From an uncultured virus (IMG/VR IMGVR_UViG_3300005253_000330) (Duplodnaviria > Heunggongvirae > Uroviricota > Caudoviricetes): 64,000 bases of DNA. The number at the start of each line of letters is the position of its first letter. Within the stretch, counting starts at the first letter, position 1. The notes beneath the pieces were generated by a model. That model made no database searches, had not been told where the DNA came from, and saw only the letters and a list, made by a program, of their open reading frames with translations. The position numbers and the translations under genes were made by a program. This document shows, in pieces, positions 48,732-57,996 of the stretch. Location: the IMG/VR virus record IMGVR_UViG_3300005253_000330. The stretch is one strand, 5' to 3'.

Positions 48732-49994
48732 ATGGCAACTTCTACAAAGACGCCGTTCTATGGTCAGAGAGGCACTGATGACATTCCAACAGCGCAAACT
48801 CTCAACGACTATAGGTCGGCAATAAGCGTTCTGACGCCTAACGGTACAGCCCCTTTGCAAGCGGTACTCGGACGGATTCCAAGTGAGGCGACTACCTCAT
48901 ATCGGTTTGAGTGGTTCGATGAAGTGATGCCAACTCGTAGTGTAAATGTCACTCAATATGCTAGCCTCGATGTCTACACCGATGCAGCGTTGAGTGACGA
49001 CTACGATGCCGGCGACGATGTTGCCGCTGGCACTGTTGTCTATGTGACTGTTGGTAGTACGTTCATCGACGAGGTATGGCCGGGAAGTGAGGTCCTGCTG
49101 CGCGATGCAGACGACCACTCAAACGACATACCTGCTATCGTGGTATCGAAGGACACCGCAAACAACGCGCTGGCCGTGAGGACGTTGAAGGCAGATGGAA
49201 CAGGTGTTATTGACCTGTCCAGCTGCGATACTGTAATGGCAATGAGTAGCGCGCATCCCGAAGGCTCTGAGCAGCCTCCTGGAATCGCCTACGACCCAAC
49301 TGATCTGTATAGCTACACACAGATTACCCGCACATCCGTCGAGATGACTCGTTCACAGATGGCCACTAAGGGCAAGACTGACATGGAGTGGGCGGTAATG
49401 CATAGTGAGAGGTGGAAAGGCACTGGCTCTAATGGAAAGCGCTTGACTACCACTCGTGGTATTGTCGAGGCTATCAAGGCCCATGATTCCGCTAATTATA
49501 GGAATTGGGTACTTGATGGCTCCACTACATGGATAGCTGGAGGTGAGGCATGGCTAGACCAGTATGCTGAGCAGCTGTTCCGCTATGGGCCTCGTGAGCG
49601 CCTTGTGTTTATGGGTTCGCTCGCGGCGCTTGCATGGAAGCAGCTTGCACAGGCATCGTCTACTATTACCGTCACCCCTGGTACAGTGGTTAAGTGGGGA
49701 CTTAAGGTGCAGGAGTGGATGACTCCCTTTGGCACCATGTACTTCTATGTACACCCACTCATGACGGCTGAGCCCAGCGCTCGTCGCTCGATGTTGGTTA
49801 TGGTACCTGAGTACCTGCGCATCCGCCACTTGACTGGTGGTGACACCATGTATCTTGACGACCCCATGAAGGACAAGGGTGGGTCAGGTTCAGTGGATGG
49901 CATCCAGGAAGGTTGGTTGACTGAGTGGGGACTGGAGTACCATCACACTGAGTGCATGGGATACTGGACCAGGCTTGGTGAGAACGCAACATAG
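48732..49994 (+). CDS. Major capsid protein, segment C (SU10/DUF5309-like)
   Basis: PNGTAPL, FEWFDE, YTQITRT, TTRGI, WMTPFG...HPL, WLTEWGLE. Confidence 0.85.
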   Translation: MATSTKTPFYGQRGTDDIPTAQTLNDYRSAISVLTPNGTAPLQAVLGRIPSEATTSYRFEWFDEVMPTRSVNVTQYASLDVYTDAALSDDYDAGDDVAAGTVVYVTVGSTFIDEVWPGSEVLLRDADDHSNDIPAIVVSKDTANNALAVRTLKADGTGVIDLSSCDTVMAMSSAHPEGSEQPPGIAYDPTDLYSYTQITRTSVEMTRSQMATKGKTDMEWAVMHSERWKGTGSNGKRLTTTRGIVEAIKAHDSANYRNWVLDGSTTWIAGGEAWLDQYAEQLFRYGPRERLVFMGSLAALAWKQLAQASSTITVTPGTVVKWGLKVQEWMTPFGTMYFYVHPLMTAEPSARRSMLVMVPEYLRIRHLTGGDTMYLDDPMKDKGGSGSVDGIQEGWLTEWGLEYHHTECMGYWTRLGENAT

Positions 49995-50002
49995 TTGATA
50001 TG

Positions 50003-50032
50003 GGGGAGGGAGGTCAGAGGGCCTCCCTCCCC
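50003..50032 (+). terminator. GC hairpin after the capsid gene
   Basis: GGGGAGGGAGG...CCTCCCTCCCC. Confidence 0.55.
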
Positions 50033-50044
50033 TTGGAGGCTATC

Positions 50045-51151
50045 ATGCCGTATGGAGATATAAAGACGCTCTTCGTAATGACCACTGGTCGTAGTGACCT
50101 GGTTGCGACTGGTAATCTCTGGAAGCTTGCGTACTTCATCAATGCTGGACAGCGGTGGCTTGATAGGAAGGCTATTAAGAGGGACCAATTGCAGCGGTAT
50201 ATGAGGGATGTAGCTGCTGGTCAGAAGCTTGTTGAGTTGTCTGATGTTCGGTTGATTAAGACTGTATTCATAGTGGACGGTCAGGGTGATGAGAGTGAGC
50301 TTGAGAGGTTTGACCCACTTGACTTCAAGATGAAGTACGCTAATATTGACGATGAGGATACAGGGACTCCAATTGACTTCTGCATTAACATATCTAGAGA
50401 CCAGGGACTGGTGATTGGAGTAGCGGTTACAGAGTCTGTAAATGTAGGTGACTTTGCGACTGACACTAAGTGGACGAAGGGTACTGGGTGGGCGATAGCT
50501 GCTGGTGTGGCTGTGAAGACTGGCACTAATTGGAGTGAACTATCACAAGTTACCGGCGACCAGAATGAGGCTATACTTGACGGCTCTCCATATCGTGTTC
50601 AGTACACCGTCACTGGATTGACTGATGGTGACTTTATTCGAGTTCGACTTGGTGAGACTTATGGGCAGAGGCGTGAAACAAATGGGACTTTTATTGAGGA
50701 TATAGTGGCTAGGGGAACCACTCCGTCGATAGTATTCGATGGTGCAGCTGATGGATTTGCTGTGACACTGGATAATGTGAGTGTGAAGAAGTCGACATAC
50801 GCCAACGCTGGGCGTACAGTTGCAGAAGGTGGGTATCAGAGCTGGCCAGCTCACATGTTGAGGAGGCACTTCGACTCAATTGCACTTGGCCCAGTTCCAG
50901 ACTCTACATACACACTTGAGGTTATTGGAAGGTTTTATGAGCCTAGGGTGATAGGTGATTGGGACTCAACTTATTGGACAGAGGAAGAGCCAAACCTGTT
51001 AGTGTGGGCAGCTGCATATATTATGGAGATTACATATAGGAATAGCGAGGGGGCCGATGACTGGGAGGCGAAGATAGACAAATTCCTTGGGGACATTGAG
51101 CGTGACAAAGTTGCTGAGGAAGTTGTAGGCATTAACAAGATGAAGGGGTAG
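50045..51151 (+). CDS. Head-tail adaptor with inserted CBM-like domain
   Basis: FINAGQRWLD...GPVPDSTYTLEV...YW.E.EPNLLVWAA; ATG at 50045 follows GGAGG. Confidence 0.7.
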   Translation: MPYGDIKTLFVMTTGRSDLVATGNLWKLAYFINAGQRWLDRKAIKRDQLQRYMRDVAAGQKLVELSDVRLIKTVFIVDGQGDESELERFDPLDFKMKYANIDDEDTGTPIDFCINISRDQGLVIGVAVTESVNVGDFATDTKWTKGTGWAIAAGVAVKTGTNWSELSQVTGDQNEAILDGSPYRVQYTVTGLTDGDFIRVRLGETYGQRRETNGTFIEDIVARGTTPSIVFDGAADGFAVTLDNVSVKKSTYANAGRTVAEGGYQSWPAHMLRRHFDSIALGPVPDSTYTLEVIGRFYEPRVIGDWDSTYWTEEEPNLLVWAAAYIMEITYRNSEGADDWEAKIDKFLGDIERDKVAEEVVGINKMKG

Positions 51152-51155
51152 TACA

Positions 51156-51590
51156 GTGCTTCAGAGAGGTAAGAGGATATTTAGGTCACCTAAGCATAGG
51201 GCTAGGTACGTGGCCGTCGCTGTACCACCTGTACCAGTTAGTTCATATGTGGATGAGATTCCACCTGATGGGGTGGTCTGTCGGTTTCAGGTTCCTCGTG
51301 ATGGTCAGATTGGCCCTCTGCTGCTCCATGCCGAAGTCGCCCCATCAGGTGCTAATAGGGCTAGTATGAAAGTGGAGCTTATTCGCAGCAGTGGAACTGT
51401 GACTAGAGAGTTCCAATTCAACCCTGGTGACAATGAGATAGCTGGACCTGTGGCAGTGATTAAGGGGGATAGGGTTGCTGTATCGATTGTGAAGCAAAGT
51501 CCAACAGATGTAGTGACTGGGATTTGGGTAACGCTTACTGTGTACCCAACACTGACACACGCTGATGTTAAGAAGTTTGGTGAGACCTAA
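51156..51590 (+). CDS. Hypothetical structural protein
   Basis: Beta-rich; sits in the tail module. Confidence 0.5.
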   Translation: MLQRGKRIFRSPKHRARYVAVAVPPVPVSSYVDEIPPDGVVCRFQVPRDGQIGPLLLHAEVAPSGANRASMKVELIRSSGTVTREFQFNPGDNEIAGPVAVIKGDRVAVSIVKQSPTDVVTGIWVTLTVYPTLTHADVKKFGET

Positions 51591-53560
51591 TGCCTGACAA
51601 TGTGTTCACTATAAAAGATGGGTTGAGTAGGGGCTTGCGGGCCTATCAACACGCTCCTAGGAATACACAGGGGTTTCTCACACTATCTAACATGAAGCCG
51701 GTGGAGGGTGGATTTGTTCCATACACTCCACTCACATTGCCGGTATCTCAGGCGAAGCTAAACTCTGCAAACATAGCCACTGCATTCCCGTTTCCACAGA
51801 TATTCAAGGGTAGGAATATTACACTGTTGGTGGGTAAGACCACTGCTGGCCATTCAGAGGGTGCTGGAAAGAATAAGATTTTTGAAGTTGACGAGAGTGA
51901 CTGGACGCTAACTGAGTTGGGGAACTATGAAACTATTCCAACCCCTGAGACTGTGACTGATGGGGATATGTCTGCTGACACAAGCTGGGTTGTGGGTACA
52001 AACTGGGTGCTGGGTGTAGGTAAGTTGACACATAGTAGTGGTAGCACAGCTAGCACAATACAGAATTATGTAGACCAGGTAGGTGGTGCGGAGTTGGTTC
52101 TGACAAACTTGTACTACGTATCATTTGAGGTTACTGCATACATAGGTGGCTCTGTATCGGTGCTTGCTGGTAGTGGCTCATCCCCTACAGCTAGGAGTGC
52201 TGTTGGACACTATACAGAGATACTAACATGTAGTGGTGATACGAAGGTATACATAACACCAAGCAACGACTTTAATGGTACTGTGGACAATGTTAGTATA
52301 AGGAAGTTGGTGGCTAAGGATATACCTAATGGTGGAGTGTGGCACCTGCTTGAGACTGACGATGGATGGGTGCTACTCAATGGCGCTGCAACTGTATGGA
52401 ACTTTGGTACACTACTTACTTCGTCATCTCCAGTTATTACAGGTCCACTTGTCTGTGTGGTTGACACGTTGAATATAATGAGTAGTGGATGCTGGCATAG
52501 GGGTAGGATGGTAATGGGTGGGTTTGTGCCTAGCAGTGCTGGCAATAAGACTACTTGGGAGAACAATTGGCTGCAGAACTTTTTGACTATAATTGACGAG
52601 TGGCCGCCGGCGTTTAAGAAGACTGCGCCAATTGCAGGTAACATGGTGGCCTGGACAACCATTGGACAGTCTGACATATTTTGGCTTATGCTTGGAACGG
52701 CTCAGGTTACTGGGTTTGTGGAGGGCGCTCATGACTCGAATAACCCACTATTCCTCGACCAGTTGAATAGGAATGAAGGTGGGTGGATGGCTATGCCTTG
52801 GCAGGGTGATGTACTGTGTACAAAGCCATTAGGTGATAATGTGGTAGTATATGGAGAGGACGGCATATCAGCGCTATTTCTAATCAGTGGTCCTGTCCCT
52901 ACATATGGACTTAAGCACCTCGTTGACTTTGGTATTGCTGATAGGGGGTCAGTAGGTGGCGATGATAATAAGCACATCTTTGTATCGGAGCTTGGAGATG
53001 TGTGGCAGATAACTGCTGACCTATCTATGAAGAGGCTTGGGTATAAGGAGTTTGCAGTTGATTTAGTTGGGAATGATATAATCATATCTCATGACCAGAT
53101 GGAGGATGAGCACTTTATATCTGATTCAAGTCAGTGTTTTACATTGACTAGAACGGGAATGTCGAATGGACCTGAGATAGTAATGTCACTGTTCATTGCT
53201 GACTCTGTTACATATGGTATGAAGGTTGACCTTGGTGACGATGAGTTCAATGCAGAGACCGATACTATCGACATGGGGAATAGGAATGTAAAGACAATAA
53301 CTGGAGTTGAAGTTGGCTGCACTGACAGTAGACTGACTATGCAGATGTCAGTTGGACTGCGGTATGGGACTGAGTATCTGTACCAGGATTGGTTCACTGC
53401 TAGAGCAAACAACTTTATCCCAACAATGCAGTCTGGTATAGAGTTTAGGTTGAAGATTAAGGCCGACGACTACGCAGACCTTGATTCAATTGACTACATA
53501 AACGTGTATTGGAGAGATGGTGGCAAGGCTAATCTTGGAGTCACCATTATTGGAGATTGA
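51590..53560 (+). CDS. Tail nozzle/stabilisation protein, paralogue 1
   Basis: FPFPQIFKGR, MPWQG.V...K.LG..VVVYGEDGI, MGNR..K.I, GIEFRL. Confidence 0.7.
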   Translation: MPDNVFTIKDGLSRGLRAYQHAPRNTQGFLTLSNMKPVEGGFVPYTPLTLPVSQAKLNSANIATAFPFPQIFKGRNITLLVGKTTAGHSEGAGKNKIFEVDESDWTLTELGNYETIPTPETVTDGDMSADTSWVVGTNWVLGVGKLTHSSGSTASTIQNYVDQVGGAELVLTNLYYVSFEVTAYIGGSVSVLAGSGSSPTARSAVGHYTEILTCSGDTKVYITPSNDFNGTVDNVSIRKLVAKDIPNGGVWHLLETDDGWVLLNGAATVWNFGTLLTSSSPVITGPLVCVVDTLNIMSSGCWHRGRMVMGGFVPSSAGNKTTWENNWLQNFLTIIDEWPPAFKKTAPIAGNMVAWTTIGQSDIFWLMLGTAQVTGFVEGAHDSNNPLFLDQLNRNEGGWMAMPWQGDVLCTKPLGDNVVVYGEDGISALFLISGPVPTYGLKHLVDFGIADRGSVGGDDNKHIFVSELGDVWQITADLSMKRLGYKEFAVDLVGNDIIISHDQMEDEHFISDSSQCFTLTRTGMSNGPEIVMSLFIADSVTYGMKVDLGDDEFNAETDTIDMGNRNVKTITGVEVGCTDSRLTMQMSVGLRYGTEYLYQDWFTARANNFIPTMQSGIEFRLKIKADDYADLDSIDYINVYWRDGGKANLGVTIIGD

Positions 53561-55500
53561 ATGTGAGGCAGTTCTCGCTACTAATAGAGGATGCGTTTAG
53601 GCGCGGCATATCTCCTGACACTAGGTTAGGTGTCAATATGTCGTACCTGTCTGCGCTTGAGCACTGTAGGTCATCTGAGTTTGGCGTTATAGCTCATGAT
53701 AATATAAGCCCTTTCACCCATGTCGCTGTTCAGTTCCCGAACCCTATGCTATTCAAGGGTAGGTATAAAACACTACTGTTGGATGACGGCGACTTGATTG
53801 AGGTGGTTGACAGTGGGGCTGTCAGTGGCTGGACATATGTGTACCCAGATGTGCATAGGTGTAGGACTCGGTACGATTTGGAGGCGATTACAAACGGTAC
53901 CTTCGATGCTGACAGTGATTGGCAGAAAGGTGCTGGATGGACTATAGCAGGTGGTGAGGCAGCTCATGCTGCTGGCTCTGCTAGTGACCTCACTCAGCTT
54001 GAAGCTGACCAGGTGAGTGGGAAGGAGTTGACAGATGGTACAGTGTATCGAGTTCGATTCATTGTCTCAGGAGCAACGGCAGGAACTATTACACCTAAGT
54101 GTGGAAGTGGCGGCGCAGGAACCAGTGTATCAAATAATCAAGCCCATACTCAGTACCTCACTTGTTCCGGCTCCGTTGACTTTATACTATCTGCTAGTTC
54201 CACGTTCGATGGGTCTATCACTACCGTCTCTGTTACACGAGTAGTACCTAACCTATCTACAGCAAACTTTCCATGGACATTCGCCGACTTTGGGGATTCA
54301 TTCTTCTTTGCTAATGGTGTGGACATGATATTTAGAGTTCCATTCTTTAATAGTATAGGTTACACCACTGACGAGGCTGGCATAGCTCCACAGACTGTGT
54401 GCAACTACCATGATAGATTGATAATGGGGGGATTTGATACTACACACAGTTGGTTCGCGACTACTAGGTGGGACAAGGTGTGGGATGAGTGGGTTCGAGT
54501 TACACTTGATTATACACAGATAAACAAGGTGATTGGCTCGAATGTACTGTTCTGGGGCAATGAGAATGGTGGGGATTATAAGTATCCATTCATTGAGGAC
54601 TTGTGTGTCTTCGGGATACCTGACATTGATATCTTTGATATGCTTGTAGATATTATTCTAGCTAATGTTAGGTCAGGTAGGATGGGCTTTGCGGAGATGC
54701 CGTTTAAGGAGAGTATTAGGGCAGTCAAGCAGCTTGGCGAGGAGTTGATTGTCTATGGGGATGATGGTATAGCTAAGATTAGAGATACTGGAAACCCGGA
54801 TAGGCAGTTTGTGACAGAGAAGGTGATTGATATTGGGATTAGTGGGAATAGGTGTGTGACTGGAACTAAGGATGTACATTACTTCTTGGACCACGAGGTT
54901 AACCTATGGAGGTATCAAGCTGGTGGAGTTCCAGAGTACATTGGGTATGGAACTCAGATGGTTTCAGATGGCAATTATCTATATGCATTGATGAACTATG
55001 ATGAACGTGAGCGTGGTGTGTATATATCTATACCTACTGTCTCGTGGGGAATAACCACTTATGTGTTCTTCGAGAAGTATGGAATGAGTACACATCACCA
55101 TCTCATAAAGTCACTATTCCGTAGGGGTGGTGAGCTTGTGTCAATTGCAACTGGCAACACTCTACCAAATGCGTCACCTGTCATTGTATCCCCTCCATTT
55201 AATATGGGGAATCGAGCTATTAAAGTCATAGATACTGTGGAGACTACATTCTCTAATATATCAGACTTGAGTGTTGCCATCGACTACAGGTACGATAGTA
55301 ACGATGCATGGACTACAAGTGTTGCTATTACTGTAAATGATGAGGGTGTGTCTACTCATGTAGTTGGTGGCATTGAGTTTAGATTGAGGTTTGCCGGAAC
55401 ATTTACAGCATTGTCTAGGTTGAGCGTCGCACTATTGAGGTACAAGAAAGTTGACAACAGAGCGATTAGAGGAATATCCCCCGAACCTAGAAGCCTGTGA
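53557..55500 (+). CDS. Tail nozzle/stabilisation protein, paralogue 2
   Basis: FPNPMLFKGR, MPFKE....K.LG..LIVYGDDGI, MGNR.IK.I, GIEFRL. Confidence 0.7.
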   Translation: MNVRQFSLLIEDAFRRGISPDTRLGVNMSYLSALEHCRSSEFGVIAHDNISPFTHVAVQFPNPMLFKGRYKTLLLDDGDLIEVVDSGAVSGWTYVYPDVHRCRTRYDLEAITNGTFDADSDWQKGAGWTIAGGEAAHAAGSASDLTQLEADQVSGKELTDGTVYRVRFIVSGATAGTITPKCGSGGAGTSVSNNQAHTQYLTCSGSVDFILSASSTFDGSITTVSVTRVVPNLSTANFPWTFADFGDSFFFANGVDMIFRVPFFNSIGYTTDEAGIAPQTVCNYHDRLIMGGFDTTHSWFATTRWDKVWDEWVRVTLDYTQINKVIGSNVLFWGNENGGDYKYPFIEDLCVFGIPDIDIFDMLVDIILANVRSGRMGFAEMPFKESIRAVKQLGEELIVYGDDGIAKIRDTGNPDRQFVTEKVIDIGISGNRCVTGTKDVHYFLDHEVNLWRYQAGGVPEYIGYGTQMVSDGNYLYALMNYDERERGVYISIPTVSWGITTYVFFEKYGMSTHHHLIKSLFRRGGELVSIATGNTLPNASPVIVSPPFNMGNRAIKVIDTVETTFSNISDLSVAIDYRYDSNDAWTTSVAITVNDEGVSTHVVGGIEFRLRFAGTFTALSRLSVALLRYKKVDNRAIRGISPEPRSL

Positions 55501-55506
55501 GAAGTT

Positions 55507-55524
55507 GCGTTCACAAAATGAACA
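55507..55524. promoter_or_regulatory. GTTCA-N5-TGAAC palindrome, copy 2
   Basis: GCGTTCACAAAATGAACA just after the 55500 stop. Confidence 0.5.
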
Positions 55525-55537
55525 CGACTATCGTGGG

Positions 55538-55984
55538 TTGATTAGGCTAGAGTCAAGGCAGGTAACAGAGTTTTGGGAGACACTATCTCCATATATAGCT
55601 GAAGCGCTACCACAGTATGTCCGCTTGACTGGTGACAGTTTGAATAATATACTGGCGGCTGTGCTTGCAGGCAAGGCTCAGTGTTGGGTCTCGTATGGGA
55701 TTGAGGAGAAGTCCCTTGTACTGTATGGTACTGTGATAACGACTATAGTCGTCGATGAGTTGAGTATGACGCGGACACTCCTCATCTATGCGTTGACTGG
55801 CACTCAAGATTATCTGGATGACTCTATCTACGTGAGGGGTATACAGTCACTGATGAAGTTCGCAAAGTCGGAGGGCTGTCAGTTTCTTGTAGCCTACTCA
55901 AATGTGGATAGGTTAGTTAGGTTAGCCACTAGTAGGCTTGACGCTAGTACTCCTCAAGTCCTTATAACCTGGGAGATTGAATAA
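55538..55984 (+). CDS. GNAT-like virion-associated protein
   Basis: AQCWV...GTVIT...LLIYAL.G...FAKSEGC..LVAYS; podovirus position before the pilot gene. Start uncertain. Confidence 0.55.
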   Translation: MIRLESRQVTEFWETLSPYIAEALPQYVRLTGDSLNNILAAVLAGKAQCWVSYGIEEKSLVLYGTVITTIVVDELSMTRTLLIYALTGTQDYLDDSIYVRGIQSLMKFAKSEGCQFLVAYSNVDRLVRLATSRLDASTPQVLITWEIE

Positions 55985-56859
55985 TGAGTGGATCTGGTGG
56001 CGGCTCGTCTGGAAAGATTGACTTTCCACAGTACATGAAGGACCTCCATGAGCCTTATATGGACGAGCTCAAGGATATCGTTGATACTCAGGTCGGTGGC
56101 ACTAACCCATTTACACTTGCTCAGTCATACGATGTAACAGAAGAGGTGGAGTCTAGCCAAACTAGGTATGATGACCATGATGCTTTGGTTGAGGACCTAG
56201 ATGCTGAGACTGAGTTTAAGGATTATATTAGTACAGCGGAGAGTGAGGTCGACGACCACCTTGAAACGTCGGATGCAGATATTACAACTGCAGTGACAGC
56301 GTTTGAGACAGCGCAAGCGCCAGTACTTGCACGCTCCCTAAACAGATTCACTGGACCTATGGCAGGTGCTAACGCTGTTGGTGGCTCTGCTTTTGTAGTA
56401 GGTGTGGCGCTGATTGAGGCACAGCACAACTCTAGTGTTGATAGTTATAGAGCAGTTATACAATCGGCTGCTGATACTGAGCGTAGAGCAGCTATAATGG
56501 CTGCGCTTAAGTACATGATGGACTACAACATTGGGAAGGTAGACAGTGATAGACTATCTACTGTTACCCAAGCTGAAATCAATCGAATTAAGATGGTGGC
56601 CAAGAAAGAGCAGTACGAGGATGACATTGGGTATGATGTGGAAGACGCTATGTGGGATATACGCTTGTATGAGCCTCTATTCAATGGGCTAGGGTCTATT
56701 CACAGCGCTGCATATATGCCTAAGCAGACTAAGCGTGGTATTGGTAGTGCGATTGGCGGGGCTATGGGTGGTGCAGTCATGGGAGCGATAGTGATGCCTG
56801 GTATGCCTTTGCTTGGGGCAGCTATTGGTGGTGGGCTAGGACTAGCGGCAAGCCTTTGA
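55984..56859 (+). CDS. DNA-ejection pilot protein
   Basis: MSGSGGGSS start; C-terminal glycine-zipper hydrophobic hairpin. Confidence 0.65.
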   Translation: MSGSGGGSSGKIDFPQYMKDLHEPYMDELKDIVDTQVGGTNPFTLAQSYDVTEEVESSQTRYDDHDALVEDLDAETEFKDYISTAESEVDDHLETSDADITTAVTAFETAQAPVLARSLNRFTGPMAGANAVGGSAFVVGVALIEAQHNSSVDSYRAVIQSAADTERRAAIMAALKYMMDYNIGKVDSDRLSTVTQAEINRIKMVAKKEQYEDDIGYDVEDAMWDIRLYEPLFNGLGSIHSAAYMPKQTKRGIGSAIGGAMGGAVMGAIVMPGMPLLGAAIGGGLGLAASL

Positions 56860-56870
56860 GGAGGATAGTC

Positions 56871-56888
56871 GCGTTCATAATGTGAACA
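56871..56888. promoter_or_regulatory. GTTCA-N5-TGAAC palindrome, copy 3
   Basis: GCGTTCATAATGTGAACA, intergenic. Confidence 0.55.
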
Positions 56889-56913
56889 TGAGTGTGTAAG
56901 AAGGAGTAGAGAT

Positions 56914-57996
56914 ATGGGAGCGTTTAGTAAGTTTAATCTAAAAGACCCGGCGTTCCTCAACGCTATGGCTATGTTTGGAGCTGCTATCAGCCCACCTGGT
57001 TCTGCTGGACGTGAGCTTGGGATGTCGGCCCAGAGTATAACCCAAGGACTCATGTTCAATCGAGCTGTAGAGGCTACAAAGAGAGCTCGCGCTGGTAGAT
57101 TGGCTGCTACCCCTGAACTTGAGGCTAGGTTAGGTGAGCTTGCGGAGACGAATCCACTTGCTAAGAGCCTAATGGAAGGCCGTAGTGGTGCAGCCAGTGC
57201 AAGGACGTCTAGGTCGATGTTTGGTTTGTCTCCTGATATGCAAGGTCAAGCGTTTGCACTTGGATTAGCACAGGAGCAGGCTCCATTTGCCTTGCGAGCT
57301 TCGGCAGCTGGTGTTGAGGGTGCTGAGCTTGATGTGAGGAGAGATAGGTTAGGGCTGCTTGAGGGTGAACGAGCTGAACGTAGAGGTGCAGCTGGAGAGG
57401 CACTTGACCCATTGAGGGAAGAGGTTGAGGAGGCAGACCTCTTATTGAGAAGGAACATAGCTGATGAGCAGCTGATGGGTGGAGAGTCTGAGTTGAGAGG
57501 TAGAGGTAGAGAGGCAGGTATAGCAGGTGCGGAGGCCAAGGTTGCTCTCACTAAGCAACAGGAGCTAGAGTCAGCTAGTCGTACTGCATATAATGATATG
57601 CTGACTCGACTTGGCCCAGGTGGTAGGAAGACAGCTACGACTGCTTACATTAACACTTCACTGCAGTCGATTGTAGGGTCTCTGTTAGCGGCCCAGGGTA
57701 AGAGCATGGAAGAACTAACCATGTTCGATACATTCAAGCAGCTGACAGATAGACCAGCGGCAGCTATAGCCTTGCTTGCTGGTGACACACTCAGTGATTC
57801 TGCTCAGATGAACTTTGTTAGATTCATAGAAGCAGCTAACGCATCCCAGAATCCTTCAGCGGACCCAGCTGTGCAAACACCACTTCGTGCATTGATGAGA
57901 GAGGTTGAGGGGGTATCAGGTGGTGGTGCTGAATTTGGCACTATAGATGCTACTATTGATCTCCGTAAGTTTACCAGCCGTGGAGTTAAAAGGTAA
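56914..57996 (+). CDS. Internal virion protein
   Basis: Ala/Glu/Arg-rich helical protein in the ejection module. Confidence 0.55.
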   Translation: MGAFSKFNLKDPAFLNAMAMFGAAISPPGSAGRELGMSAQSITQGLMFNRAVEATKRARAGRLAATPELEARLGELAETNPLAKSLMEGRSGAASARTSRSMFGLSPDMQGQAFALGLAQEQAPFALRASAAGVEGAELDVRRDRLGLLEGERAERRGAAGEALDPLREEVEEADLLLRRNIADEQLMGGESELRGRGREAGIAGAEAKVALTKQQELESASRTAYNDMLTRLGPGGRKTATTAYINTSLQSIVGSLLAAQGKSMEELTMFDTFKQLTDRPAAAIALLAGDTLSDSAQMNFVRFIEAANASQNPSADPAVQTPLRALMREVEGVSGGGAEFGTIDATIDLRKFTSRGVKR

